Shown: positions 13,767 through 24,840, counted from the first letter of the stretch. The stretch is 64,000 nucleotides of DNA from Neoechinorhynchus agilis (GCA_051530055.1 CM121342.1:1212797-1276796), one strand, 5' to 3'. Numbers and translations are program-made. The notes: a model not told the origin generated them from the sequence alone.

Positions 13767-13955
13767 GATTATTGTTTAGAAGTTTTCACTCGGTAAATAA
13801 TTTTTTATTAAAAACCTTTTGAACACCGTCGAGTTCATCATCAGTTTTCTTGTAATGCAGGTTTTCTTACAAGAAAACTAATGATGAACTTGACGAGGTT
13901 CGAAACGTCTGTAATAGAAAATTATTTTCCGGGTGAAGACTTCTAAACAATAATC
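13767..13955. repeat. ~90-bp-arm imperfect palindrome; each arm carries a degenerate hammerhead
   Basis: Arms 13767-13854 and 13868-13955 are reverse complements with a 13-nt spacer. Minus-strand core 13844-13817: CTGATGA-T-GAAC..GTTC-AAAA. Plus-strand core 13878-13909: CTAATGA-T-GAAC..GTTC-GAAACGTC. Confidence 0.75.
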
Positions 13956-14144
13956 CTTAAGTAGATCAAGTCCGATAATTTAAGGGAAATCTTTTAGTTC
14001 TATGTATTCAAGTTCAAACTAGTTAGGAAATTGGGAAAATATGTTCTACGGATAAATTGTCGGCCAAACTACAAAAAGTACTTATAATTATGGCTACATT
14101 TTCGGTGAGAATAATCCCGGTCATTACATATTTTATTTATTCGA

Positions 14145-14179
14145 AATATTTCGCGAGGCATCCTCGCCTCTTCAGTCAT
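14145..14179 (-). ncRNA. Minimal hammerhead ribozyme (PLE-associated type), intact core
   Basis: Minus strand reads ATGA-CTGAAGA-G-GCGAGG-atg-CCTCGC-GAAA-TA-TT-TCGA (core 14175-14149): perfect 6-bp stem II, palindromic ATAT at helix III, 3-bp stem I. Confidence 0.75.
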
Positions 14180-14199
14180 TGTTAAAGTGTTTTATTCGC

Positions 14200-14440
14200 A
14201 CTATTCGCACCAATAAAACTTACTGAAAATGGACACCTCCTCGGCTATATTCAACCACGCATGGGAGCACGACCACAAAATCAACTTTACCGGGGCAAAA
14301 ATATTACCCTTACTATCCCAACATCGAACCTCCGCCCTACACAAGCTCGGGGGAAGGAAAATCGGATTTCTTCCCACGGACATGACGCACTCGGGCACCC
14401 TAGTCGACGCAACACTATAAACCACTAACCACACATCACC
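14200..14440 (+). mobile_element. Penelope-like element fragment (C-terminus of GIY-YIG endonuclease)
   Basis: ORF 14229-14420 contains SSAIFNHAWEHDHKINFTGAKIL, the typical PLE endonuclease tail; flanked by outward-facing hammerheads. Confidence 0.8.
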
Positions 14441-14451
14441 CTCAAAAATAA

Positions 14452-14489
14452 TTTACTGAAGAGGGAACTCAGGTTTCGAAATATTTAAT
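14452..14489 (+). ncRNA. Minimal hammerhead ribozyme, intact core
   Basis: TTTA-CTGAAGA-G-GGAAC-tcag-GTTTC-GAAA-TA-TT-TAAT (core 14456-14481). Both stems differ in sequence from the 14149 copy but still pair. Confidence 0.75.
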
Positions 14490-15233
14490 TCAATAATTAA
14501 TGTTAAATTCTCGGGGTGGTGACAGCTCACCGAAGACCAAAAATAAAAATATTTTAGCGATGCATCTCGGGTGTTAAGGACCGACCAAATACCTTTCGAT
14601 GAACCTTTTTTTGCTATAAATCAATTTTATTAATTTAATTTTTTTAGACAAACACATTTTCGTTTGAGGATTGAATTGTTCATTTTTTAAGGCGGAAAAA
14701 TTGAAGGAATAATAACACATTTATTTGTATTGGGTCGTCATGAACACCGGAATTTGCAGGAAATTGATTTCGGTACTTCTTTAAGATTCATGCAGAGATT
14801 TGAAGAATTTTTGTTCTAAGGTACGTTTAATGTGGTTGGTAAAATTGTTTTGGGTCGGTTAGTTGATATTGGTCTATTTTGACTTTGTTAGTTGTTGTTT
14901 TCTGTCATTTCCTCCGAATCAATTCGCATTTGAAGGATTGAGCAGTAAAGAAGAAAGAGCGGAAATAGAGCGCTGTGCGAGGAACTGAATAATGGAAAAT
15001 GTTGAGGCGAAGAGTTAGTCTGCTGTGTTTTTCATCAAAAACATCTTTAATAAATACGTACAAGATTGTGTGCAACTCTCAAATACCGGATTTAATAAAT
15101 CCCTTCAATTTTTGCGCCATAAAAACACGGTTTTCAACTTTTTTCCCGACGAGGACATTTTCGCATTTCGCTTGCTTCTTCCGTGCATAACGAAAAGACT
15201 AGAGCGCGCTTTCATTTTTAATGACGTCACTGA

Positions 15234-15788
15234 ATGATTGTTCTCAGAACTGGAGCAGTTGCTGTACGGCAGTTAAGAGTGCATCGGTCCGGAATAACCG
15301 CATTGCGATTGGCATCGACCAGCGGATTTGGTATAAAACAAGCTTACAAACTCTACGGAAAGTGGTTAATTGTGGTCCATGGTGTCACAAGTGCTGGATG
15401 GCTTGCTTTAGTCTCATCTGCGGTTTATATGTGAGTTGGGCAGGAATTCCACACATCCAGCTCACTTCCTTTTTGATCAAAAAGGGGTTTGACGTTCGAC
15501 ACCGTATTAAGTCGACTCCAGAAATGGAACTTTATAAGCGATACAAGAGCACAAAAGTGGATCGAAAAAGTCGAGGACACAAAACCTTCAGACGTTGCTC
15601 GATTTCTGCGAATTGATCGATTAATTAAGCATCCGGAGGACAAATTATTCGAATTGGACCGTAAAGTAAGCACAAATACCTTGATTAACATTGGAACGGT
15701 GCTTGCGTTCATCAAAATGATTGGACCTGTGCGATATGCGACTACCATTGGAGTTACACATTCAATCGTTAAACGATTACCGAAATAA
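15234..15788 (+). CDS. FAM210: FAM210/DUF1279 mitochondrial protein, 166 aa (exons 15234-15430, 15485-15788)
   Basis: IKQAYKLYGKWLIVVHGVTSAGW and LAFIKMIGPVRYATTIGVT match the two FAM210 family motifs. Arg-rich, acid-free N-terminus resembles a mitochondrial presequence. The 54-nt GTGAGT..AAAAG intron is phase 2/2. Confidence 0.9.
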
Positions 15789-16423
15789 ATGTCCACTTCA
15801 ACTTACATCGCATCATTACGATTCGAATTCGATAGATCTAAGATAGCGGTTGTTTTAGTTTCCCTTTTAAAGGTTGAACTTACGCTTTTCCAGAAAAATT
15901 CCGTACGATCGGCTCACACTCTACCGAATTTTCTGCAACTTTTTTCGTTAGAAAGTCAGATTTAGCAATCGATTTTTTCTTTTGAAACATTAGCTTTCAA
16001 TATTTTCTTTGCTCGTCTAAACAGGTAATGAAAAAAATAGTGCATATTTCATACAACATTGTGGTAAGTGGAAAAGTAATAGAAAGGGGGCTTTAAATAA
16101 ATTTTCTTGTGAACATTTAATTCTTGCTTTTTTCTGAGTGGAACGTGCCAAAATTGATACTGCTATATTGACCAATGGAGCGATTGGATGACTGTTCTTG
16201 AAACAAATAAAATAATCTGTTGCCTGTATTTGAACGATTTATTTCAACAATTATCCATGCTAACGAACCATGAAAGGAAAGAGATCATGCTCTCTAAATA
16301 AGTTTTAAAATATCGTCATTAAACTACATCGATTTTGTTTCGAAACCATTACGCGATTAAGGCTATAAAAAATGTAAGTGTATTAAAGTCGACTGAAGAG
16401 CACATTCGCCACTTATTTCCACT

Positions 16424-17074
16424 ATGCGGCCTCTGATCATTTTGTTTATTCTTTATGCAATACAAGAATGCCTCGCTTCATCAAAGACAGAATCCTTGAT
16501 CCAATCTCGAATCATCGCTGCAGTGAACTCAATCTTTCTTTTAATCTTACTCATGTTTGTTATTTGTTCCACTATTCAATACGAAAATCGACCTGGAATC
16601 AGTGTCGGTGAATCAGGTGATTGGGAGATTCGTGGAATTGAAAACTTTCATTCATTTGTCAATGAAATGAAAGAAGATGAAACGTTCATTAAGGAGTCAA
16701 AACCAATATTCGTTTGGTTTTATGAAGGGAAGAGTCCATCTGGTGATTTTGACGATGTATACAGTGATATCAAGCGTAAATGCAGCGAACGAGCCTTCTG
16801 TAACCTTGTTCAACTTATAAGGACAGACGTAGACTTGTTGTTTAAAGGCAGGAAATTTGAAGATACAACTATTGATGATGTTCCGGCTGGATCGATTTTA
16901 GTGTTAATGCCATTACATCACAAGAAGGGAGACGGTAAAGTCGTGGCTGAATTCTCGGAAACTACCGAAGTACGATACTTGCGAGCATATGATCAAACGA
17001 ACCTGGTTGAAGCATTGAAATACTATAGTGCCGAGTACGCCCAAAATATGTGGAAGAGGGGTGACATGGGATAG
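16424..17074 (+). CDS. 216-aa hypothetical protein: signal peptide, TM helix, possible degenerate thioredoxin-like fold
   Basis: ATG ORF starting MRPLIILFILYAIQECLA; second hydrophobic segment IIAAVNSIFLLILLMFVICS; KPIFVWFY resembles a Trx beta strand but there is no CxxC. Confidence 0.65.
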   Translation: MRPLIILFILYAIQECLASSKTESLIQSRIIAAVNSIFLLILLMFVICSTIQYENRPGISVGESGDWEIRGIENFHSFVNEMKEDETFIKESKPIFVWFYEGKSPSGDFDDVYSDIKRKCSERAFCNLVQLIRTDVDLLFKGRKFEDTTIDDVPAGSILVLMPLHHKKGDGKVVAEFSETTEVRYLRAYDQTNLVEALKYYSAEYAQNMWKRGDMG

Positions 17075-17300
17075 GATTAAAAAAAGTTGCCCACACTTTA
17101 CCACATATACTATGGAAAACTTTTAGTTAATACATAATAGGCCAATGATTGTGTGTAGTCCCGTGTGTTTCTGCATTCGCTTGTGTTTATGTGCCTTCCC
17201 GTTGTTGTTTACACGTTTGCTTGTCTAAATGAAATTGCACGCATACGGGAATATGCGGGCGTCAACATTTCACAGAATGCGTTCAAACGCGATTTTGCGT

Positions 17301-17545
17301 TCAAATGTTCGTGCATATTCATTTTCTACTCGAGTTGTGCGTTTGTTTACACTTGTCTTTTCACTCGTTTGTTTTCTTTGATAAGTGCCATTGCATTCAC
17401 ATGTTCGTGCATATTCATTTTCTACTCGAGTTGTGCGTTTGTTTACACTTGTCTTTTCACTCGTTTGTTTTCTTTGATAAGTGCCTTTGCATTCACATGT
17501 TCGTGCATATTCATTTTCTACTCGAGTTGTGTGTTTGTTTGTTTT
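17301..17545. repeat. 96-bp tandem repeat (~2.5 copies) in a TG-rich low-complexity tract (~17150-17760)
   Basis: atgttcgtgcatattc recurs at 17305, 17401 and 17497. Confidence 0.9.
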
Positions 17546-17762
17546 GGTTTGCACTTGTTTTTGCATTGGTTTGTTTTGTTTGATAAGTGCCATTGCGCTC
17601 GTATGTATTGTTGTGCGCGCGTGCAATTGTTTGTATACATATGCACAAGTATTCATTTGTTTTTGTTGACTTTTTTGTTTGCATGCGCAAAACTTGTTTG
17701 TCCGCATGTATTCATTTGCATAACAACATTCACGTTTGTAAATCACATCGAAAAAATCCATC

Positions 17763-18765
17763 GGTAAAGATAATCCCGGTTAAAAATCATTTTATCATTA
17801 GGAAATATTCCGACAAAAGGGAAACATCGGCTCATCAATCATCTAAAAAGGTTTTTGGTTATTATTACTTCTATGTTTTGTCTAATAGTCTCGGGTTGAC
17901 GGGTTTGCTACTTCTAACAAGGTTCGTGGACCGTGTGCCCGCTCGGAAATCCTGCACTGAATAGTGTGTTCTATTGATTTTTACTACGTCATTAGCAGGT
18001 AGTTTTACGCTGAAATTCGCCTTATTGCATTTCATTTTATTAGCCGCAGAGATGTGTGCGAGGCCTCAAGAACGAGACGTTTTCCAAGATTTGGCTCCTT
18101 CTCAATCAAATCCGCCCCATCGAAATCTATGCGATATTGCATAGTTTCCTGGTGGTTTGAAATGGCGGATGTTGAGTGAGTCTCTTCGGAATGCCCTGCA
18201 TTGTTTGACCGATGTACACCTTGGCAAATTGAGTGCACTGTATTTTATAAACATCCTGCAAGTCGGATCATTGTTCAACATCTTCTTAAACGTGTTAGCG
18301 AGGGTGATACCTTTATTGATGTACAATCGAACACCAACCCTTGTCTTAATAATGGAATGGATGATGTCTTTTGTTACATCGATAACGAATTCAACTCTTT
18401 TGAATTTATAGGACTCTGCGATCGGTTTTGTGTTTCGTGTTCAATAATTGCACCTCTTAATACCGCAGTCAATTATCCATTTGGGGTATCGTCTTATTCT
18501 CAGTTCCTGGGCGATACTATTACTTTTCTTAATCCACGCAAATTTGGTGAATGACATAAGAAAGGCTCTCCAGAAATACGAAGTTACCTCGGAGATCTTG
18601 TGCCTCATTGGTTGATGACTGAACCAGTGCGGTGGTCCCCAAGGCACGTGGGGCTTGCGTAACAATAACCAAAAACCTTTTTAGATGATTATAAGGCGAG
18701 ATTTCCTCGTGAAGTATTTCAGAACAATAAAATGATTTTTAACCGGGATTATCTTCACCACAGGT
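17763..18765 (-). mobile_element. Truncated Penelope-like element bounded by ~100-bp inverted termini containing decayed hammerheads
   Basis: Minus strand encodes VYKIQCTQFAKVYIGQT..RLTQH (GIY-YIG) and SAISNHQETMQYRIDFDGADLIEKEPNLGKRLVLEASH. Termini 17763-17863 and 18664-18765 are reverse complements, including a perfect 26-mer atcatctaaaaaggtttttggttatt. Confidence 0.85.
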
Positions 18766-19453
18766 CAAAATTCACGTCTGTGTATTTAGACATGTTTTTT
18801 ATTATGTAAATGGACGTTGGCCTTGTATTTTGTGTTCGTTTGGCTCATAAAATGGACATCGAGATCGGCCCAAAACCTTTCTGAAAGCCGAAGATACCGA
18901 GAGGTCTATTAAACACTCGGAGAGGAGCATCCGAGATTGTATCTTCGCCCATGATCCACTAGGCTCACATTTAGTAATCATTCATGGAGGTAGATAAACG
19001 TGTGTCGGGATTGTCCTTAAAGAATATTTCAGAATTAGATAAGTGAGTGGGAACATATGAACAATAAAACGAGCTCACATCCATCCTACCCAGTTACTTG
19101 AACGACTCCTTTGAAATCCAACCTGATGAGCAAAATTCGCGAAAATGCCCATTTTGTATCGATCCAAGCAAGGCAGAGCGTCGCGTTATTTTCGACCAAT
19201 TCACACTGCTCACCCATGTTCTCCCATTTCTTTGCAAATACAAGCCAAAATGAGATAGAAAAATCAATGCACATGCTAGATATTTCGATTGATTTCTCAA
19301 AAAGATCGTTCCAAATATTTAAAATATTTATGGTTTAATAACAAAATGTTGGTGGCCTTTTTAGTGTATCTGACACTGAACCGAAATTAGGATGACTTAG
19401 GTTAGCACCCAAAACTAATGTATTTATTGATCATAATCCGAAACTTTCGAAGG

Positions 19454-20689
19454 TCATTCTTGCTTAAGTCTGAAGGCTGGCAGACGAACAACGCTGTAGA
19501 CGAGGTTATCTTGACTCGGATCAAATGTTAAAAATAGCAGAATGGACGATATAAGGACGAAAAGAAAAACGACACTGGACCAGAAAATCAAATGGAACAC
19601 AATCGGATAACTTTCGTGGGTAAAGTATTGAGTATTCGTCTCAGACCATTCCCGTTTCACTCGGATTTGTTGCGCCAACTGTTCGACTGACAATATCATG
19701 CACATGGAATCCGATCCCAAATAATTCTCACAAACCTAAGAAGACAATTTGTAATTATCGACAAATTGTGCTAACCTGCTGAACGACGGTTTCTATTTTT
19801 GTGTTAAATTGATTTTGGGTCATTTTGGCTGGCTTATTCCATGCCAGAAACAAAGCAAATTCATTTTTAGTCTATATTAAACAAATCGGAGTACGCAATC
19901 TTAAATTTGTAGCCGTAAGACAAAAATAAGAGTAACTATTGAATTTTCGGCTGAAACAACAACGATGATTTATTCGAAGAAACTTCGGAGGAGTATCAGT
20001 GTTTATTTCAGTCTGCCATTTACCATTCGATCCGTTCCATCTCGCTCCAGCCGAGCGATGAAGCCCAAGCACGAGAGATGGAACGGAAAGCACTAAGAAA
20101 TGCTTCAAGGAAAATTAGGCGTTTTTCATTGTGAAAAATTTGATTTATAAATATTAATTTTCAATTCGCGAAATAAAGACCAACTGACCGCTGGAATTCG
20201 ATTGAGAACATTAATTATCGATTTGTTGGATACTTTAACCTGACCGAGAAATTTGTTAAAACATCTTTTGAATTCGCACGAGGACTCACGTTCGGATCAA
20301 TAGTTTCGACTTTTGTGTTCGTCACTCTAAGTGACACGTCATCGATCAACCTCGAGATGAATGATTTTTTAAAAAAAGATGATTTATACGATTGAACCAT
20401 GACGAAAATCCATCGAACTGCTTTACGAGTCAACAGATCGTTAGAATAAAGAACCGGATTGCCGTTAAAGTGTTCACTCTGAGCTATAATTCAGTACGAC
20501 CGGTTTTTAAAGCTGCTCTCTAAATACCTGATCGAGTAAATGGTTTATCGTAAGAAGCAGATCGTATGCTGATGCTGACTGATTATTGGATTTTGACAAG
20601 TTCTCAGGTAAATGGATCAATTCGAATGGAGGTGATGACGAAGCTGCGGTAAAAACCGCAATGAAAATCGCAAATAGGCATCGAAACAT
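19454..20689 (-). CDS. ATP6AP2: V-ATPase accessory protein / (pro)renin receptor, multi-exon; middle exons only partly resolved
   Basis: Signal peptide MFRCLFAIFIAVFTAASS. C-terminus ..IRVKR (furin site)..YPIVFHLIFWSSVVFLFVLISSILLFLTFDPSQDNLVYSVV..KQE* matches the ATP6AP2 TM and DPGYDSIIY-type tail. Phase-0 introns 20527-20479 (49 nt), 20289-20240 (50 nt) and 19775-19736 (40 nt). Confidence 0.85.
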
Positions 20690-20822
20690 TTTGTGAACTT
20701 CTTATTGACTTTTCTTCAATAAGTCTACGCCGTTCTTTCAGGGCTCTAGAAAGTATAAACCATGCTTTCTCAAAAAATTTACGGAGATGTTTGAAAATTG
20801 AAATGTTCATAAGTAGGTTGTC

Positions 20823-21165
20823 TTATGTGGCGAAGAAAAATTAAAATATTCTTGTTCAGCGGTTTAATCACCGAGACGTATTCATGTTATTTAATATTTC
20901 GCCGCTCAACAAGACTATCTTTCCACCCGAATTTGATCTTGCATGAAAAAAATTGAAATGATTTTATTTCAAAATCCGATTGATTTCGACGATTCACAAT
21001 CTTGTACGCGTTTATCAAAGTTGCTTGTACGTTTTAAAATGTGTGACGAGCAGATATTAAAGTCAAATCATTTTAATTTCTTTTCTAAATTTTTTTGAAG
21101 TGGAAACTTTAATCATAAATGCCATGAAATCACTAACACCACCGCTTTTAATTTCTTCGCCATAA
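20823..21165. mobile_element. Small non-coding element with ~20-bp terminal inverted repeats, related to 13160-13250
   Basis: ttatgtggcgaagaaaaattaaaa (20823-20846) vs ttttaatttcttcgccataa (21146-21165). The interior shares ctttccacccga..gcatgaaa with ~13215 and an inverted copy of cgaaatattatataacatgaatacgtctc (~13158). Confidence 0.45.
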
Positions 21166-21758
21166 AACGACCATTTACGGAAAGACTTTTTCCGTATGGC
21201 TTAAAATCTGACCTAAAACGACGGTGACGATATTGCAAGAAAGATTATAGGCTATTTTTATATTAAACAAGCGCTTATTAAGTTTTATAAAAATTCAAAT
21301 TATGAAGGAAAGTCTTTGAGCCGAAGCAATCGTAAGTTTTGAAGATGAAAGCATTAATTTTATCTGAAGAAAAGTCTCTATTTAAAATTCAGGCGATTTC
21401 TTGCAATTTTATATCGCGATTCGATGTTTGGATCTTTTTTAAGTATTTTAGATTGAGCATTCTAAATATTTTCGTTAGTTCAAGAAAAAGAATGTATAAA
21501 TTTCGATTGATTGTGTCAGAGTCATTTTATTGAAATTTTTTGTAAGTGATATGGTGAAAGTGAAATAAAGTTAAAAAAGAATTAATATTTCGTCCTCGTT
21601 TGTAAGTTTATACAAAGGATAAAAATGTTATATCATTTCTTAAATTTATTTCGCCTTTACCAACAGCATTTCTTTCAAATAACCAAACAACGATTGATTT
21701 CTATCACACACACAAAAAAAACAACATCGTTATATCGCGCGACTAACTGACGATTCGC

Positions 21759-22113
21759 TTATTCTCCGAATTCAAACCAAGGTCTCATCGCTCTTACTTC
21801 TCTTGTTCTTCCTTTTCCCTTGTAAAACCGTGATTCCAATCCGTGGTAGTAGGGCCAATTCTTCTCATAAGTCTCATCCAGAAGTGGATTTCTGTAATAA
21901 TGCCCAAACTGATAGCCACGTATTGGAAGCACAAACGGGATTTGCTGGGGAAAATCAATACTTAAAAATAAGACAAATCGGCCCGTCCTACCTCTAATTC
22001 AGACGCATCTTTAGGCAATCGAGAATATCGGGAACAAACTACCGTAATTAATGACAACAATAGTAATATTGATCTAAATGATATATAGAAGGTGAGCGAA
22101 AAGAGAACTCCAT
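21759..22113 (-). CDS. 90-aa small secreted protein / candidate peptide precursor (exons 22113-22109, 22073-21992, 21944-21759)
   Basis: Spliced product MESILLLLSLITVVCSRYSRLPKDASELEQIPFVLPIRGYQFGHYYRNPLLDETYEKNWPYYHGLESRFYKGKGRTREVRAMRPWFEFGE*. The 35-nt (phase 2) and 47-nt (phase 0, GTAGGA..CCCCAG) introns are both phase-consistent; clear signal peptide. Confidence 0.65.
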
Positions 22114-23520
22114 TTTCTCCCGATTTAACGATGTACGTCGAGATCCGCAATAAAAATACAAGATGGGAGGCTCTTTAAACTAACCTTTTCATCTGATCCA
22201 TATTGAAAAACAAGTTGGAGTTGAAAATTCTCAATTTATTTCTCCGAGTGTTTGCATATCTTAACGAATTTATCCATATTCATGCAGCCATTTCACACTT
22301 GTCTGCTTAAGGAACTTTAATTTGAGTTAAGAAACAAGTTATTCACAAGGGACCTTTCATAAGTTTCCAAATGGATGTGACAAAAAAGTATCGGTAAATA
22401 CGAACGATGAAGTTTTAAGAGGCGTTAATCGGAAAAGTCTATAAAACATTGACTTCTCAGAGACGCAAACTCGAATATAACTTATCAATAATTCTTGAGA
22501 TAACCTAATCAGATCTATGGTGTAGAAGACGCAAAACAATTTGACTGTAAAATTCATTGTAATCTTTCCGTCTAAGTGTCACGGAAATTCAAATTTTTTT
22601 GCAAGGATTCAACCTACTCCTAAAGAGTTGATCATCACATTTGTTGCACTTTTTTAATTATGTTAAAAGTAGCATTAATCAATAGATTGCGACTTATTGA
22701 AATTGTGCAAGAGTGGAAGTCAAGAGAACCAGTTACGATTGAAAATTAAGGAATTATGGTTGATTAATTACGCGAATCCTTAACGAACAAGTCAATGTGA
22801 TTAAGATTTATGTTAAGATGAATAATCGATTTAACCAAAATCGTATTCAATTCTTAAAATCTTTTATTAAACCACAATTTTAACGATAGAACTTAATGTC
22901 AAGATATTTGATAATTTAGTTGAAGATTCGATGAACGTCTGATGGATGTGAGATTTGGTATAAAAAGTTTATGTGTTAATTTATAAAGGATAACGATGAA
23001 ATAATCCCATCTCTATAAATATTGATCTCCCGAATCGTTCAAAGCTCTCGTCTTATAAAAAATCGATGAGAAGAAAGCACAATAATTTTTTTGAATCAGA
23101 CCTTTGTATAGAAACTAAGTAATCAGATAAGATATTTGTAAACTAAACAATATAGTTCTAAATGTTATATAAATAATAGAAATTATCATCTTCTATATAA
23201 AGTGTAACACCGAATCCTAGTTGATTCACATATTATTAATGGATTTTGTTCTGGAGGATACTCAGAAAATATATTTCACAGCTTCAGAAAATGGATTAAG
23301 ATCATGGATATTATTTCTATTACGCCGTAATCCTAACGCTCGCTGGCAATGGTACGGCTAGTGCTCAAAGCTCGAACAATATTGCTTCCAAGAACTGTAA
23401 AACATTTTATTGTCCACTTTTGCTTTATCATTTCGTTTAATATTATTCGAGTATTGTTCATTCGAAGAACGTTTACATACGACTAACAAATACCATATCG
23501 AGAGAAAATCCATCGGGATG

Positions 23521-23956
23521 GTAAATTTTGACTTGTGGTGAAGATAATCACCCGGTTACACGAACTCACATCTTTAAAAACTTACAAGCAATGATTGAGA
23601 AGGTGAGGTTTCCTCTTTCGAAATATTTCCTAACAACAAAATATAATTTTGGTGAACATAATCCCGGTAATAGTATATTTGATTTATTGGAAATATTTCG
23701 CGAGGTAACCTCGCCTCGTCAGTCATCAAAAAATGAGGTTTACACATTACGGTTTTAAGCTCAAGTGTGCAGAATCGAGCTTAAACCGTAAGATGAGGCG
23801 AGGTTACCTCGCGAAATATTTCCAATAAATCAGATATACTATTACCGGGAGTATTTTCACCAAAACTATACTTTGACCTACCAGAAGGATTTTCTATCGA
23901 TAATAATAAAATGATTTCTAACCCGGTGATTATCTTCACCACAAGTCAAATTTTAC
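23521..23956. mobile_element. ~436-bp nested palindromic non-coding element carrying two outward-facing hammerhead motifs
   Basis: Outer IR 23521-23558/~23919-23956, middle ~72-bp IR 23649-23720/23792-23863, inner IR ttacggttttaagctc/gagcttaaaccgtaa. Minus core 23722-23696 CTGACGA-G-GCGAGG-tta-CCTCGC-GAAA; the plus copy at 23792 lacks the initial CT. Confidence 0.85.
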
Positions 23957-24170
23957 CAAATATAAACAAATTGATTCGACACGTTTGGCGATTTATTTGC
24001 TCAATATGGCTCATCTAAATCCTCTTCTTCATCATCATCGTGAAATCAACGATGAATAGAATTGCGTATATTTTATTTTACATTATCGCGGTCTTAGAAA
24101 TATCAGTCTTTACCACACAAGAAATTACATGATAACTTTACAGGTCAATAGGTGTATTTTTATGTGAAAA

Positions 24171-24395
24171 ATGCCGTTTTATTCTCATTTAGCCAACAGC
24201 TCCACTGTATCACTGCTGAATATGGACAAAAAAGACGATTTGCTTCCGATTGATTTACTGGAGAGAATAGATAACGACAACAAGACAAAACAAGATATTA
24301 AAACAAACGACGAAGGGTTAGGCCCTTCGTTGATCATTCTTGGAGCCCTCAGTTGCCTGACATTGCTGCTTTTCCGTTATTTCAAAGCTCCGTAG
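24171..24395 (+). CDS. 74-aa ORF with C-terminal TM helix (tail-anchor-like), possibly a terminal exon
   Basis: Ends SLIILGALSCLTLLLFRYFKAP*; candidate splice acceptors lie just upstream (ctttacag, tcaatag). Confidence 0.3.
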   Translation: MPFYSHLANSSTVSLLNMDKKDDLLPIDLLERIDNDNKTKQDIKTNDEGLGPSLIILGALSCLTLLLFRYFKAP

Positions 24396-24694
24396 GGAGG
24401 AAAATATTTCTGTTGATCCACTGCTGAACATTTAGGTAATGTAGTAGTTCCGATTGAATATGCATTATCGATCAATGCATTGTGAGACCTATAGTTACGA
24501 GCGTAAGATACGATTAGAAATTTAACTTGATGAGAAAGTTGTTTCCAATAACCATAAATGATACAATTGATTGATAAACACACGTATGAGACCAGATTAG
24601 TATTTTATTTAAACATTGAATAATAATTTCTGGAATATAGAAGAGCCAAACAATCACCAATGTGATCAAGAGAAAATCCTTTGTGATAGTAGAA

Positions 24695-24840
24695 TTGGAG
24701 TTGTGGTGAACATTATCCCCCGCCCGGATTAAACAAGTATTTTATTGAAATATTTTGAAAGAGGAAGCCTCACCTCATTTACTCACGAAATATTTCAATA
24801 AAATATGTTTTATTCGTGATTATTATCATGGCAACTCCAA
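24695..24840. repeat. Decayed palindrome of the same hammerhead-bearing family
   Basis: Outer IR ttggagttg/caactccaa, inner IR gtattttattgaaatattt/aaatatttcaataaaata; the cctcacctcat remnant matches the family motif cctcgcctcatcag. Confidence 0.6.

Noticed and set aside
18830-19340. Possible additional minus-strand gene downstream of ATP6AP2 (strong GTGAG donors, RTW-VGFQRSRSSNWVGW)
   Set aside because: Could not build a phase-consistent model to a plausible stop; no family recognised.
22340-23460. Protein-like stretches on the plus strand (e.g. MDFVLEDTQKIYFTASENGLRSWILFLLRRNPNARWQW)
   Set aside because: Frequent stops and no coherent splice model; may be a decayed or unresolved gene but not supportable.
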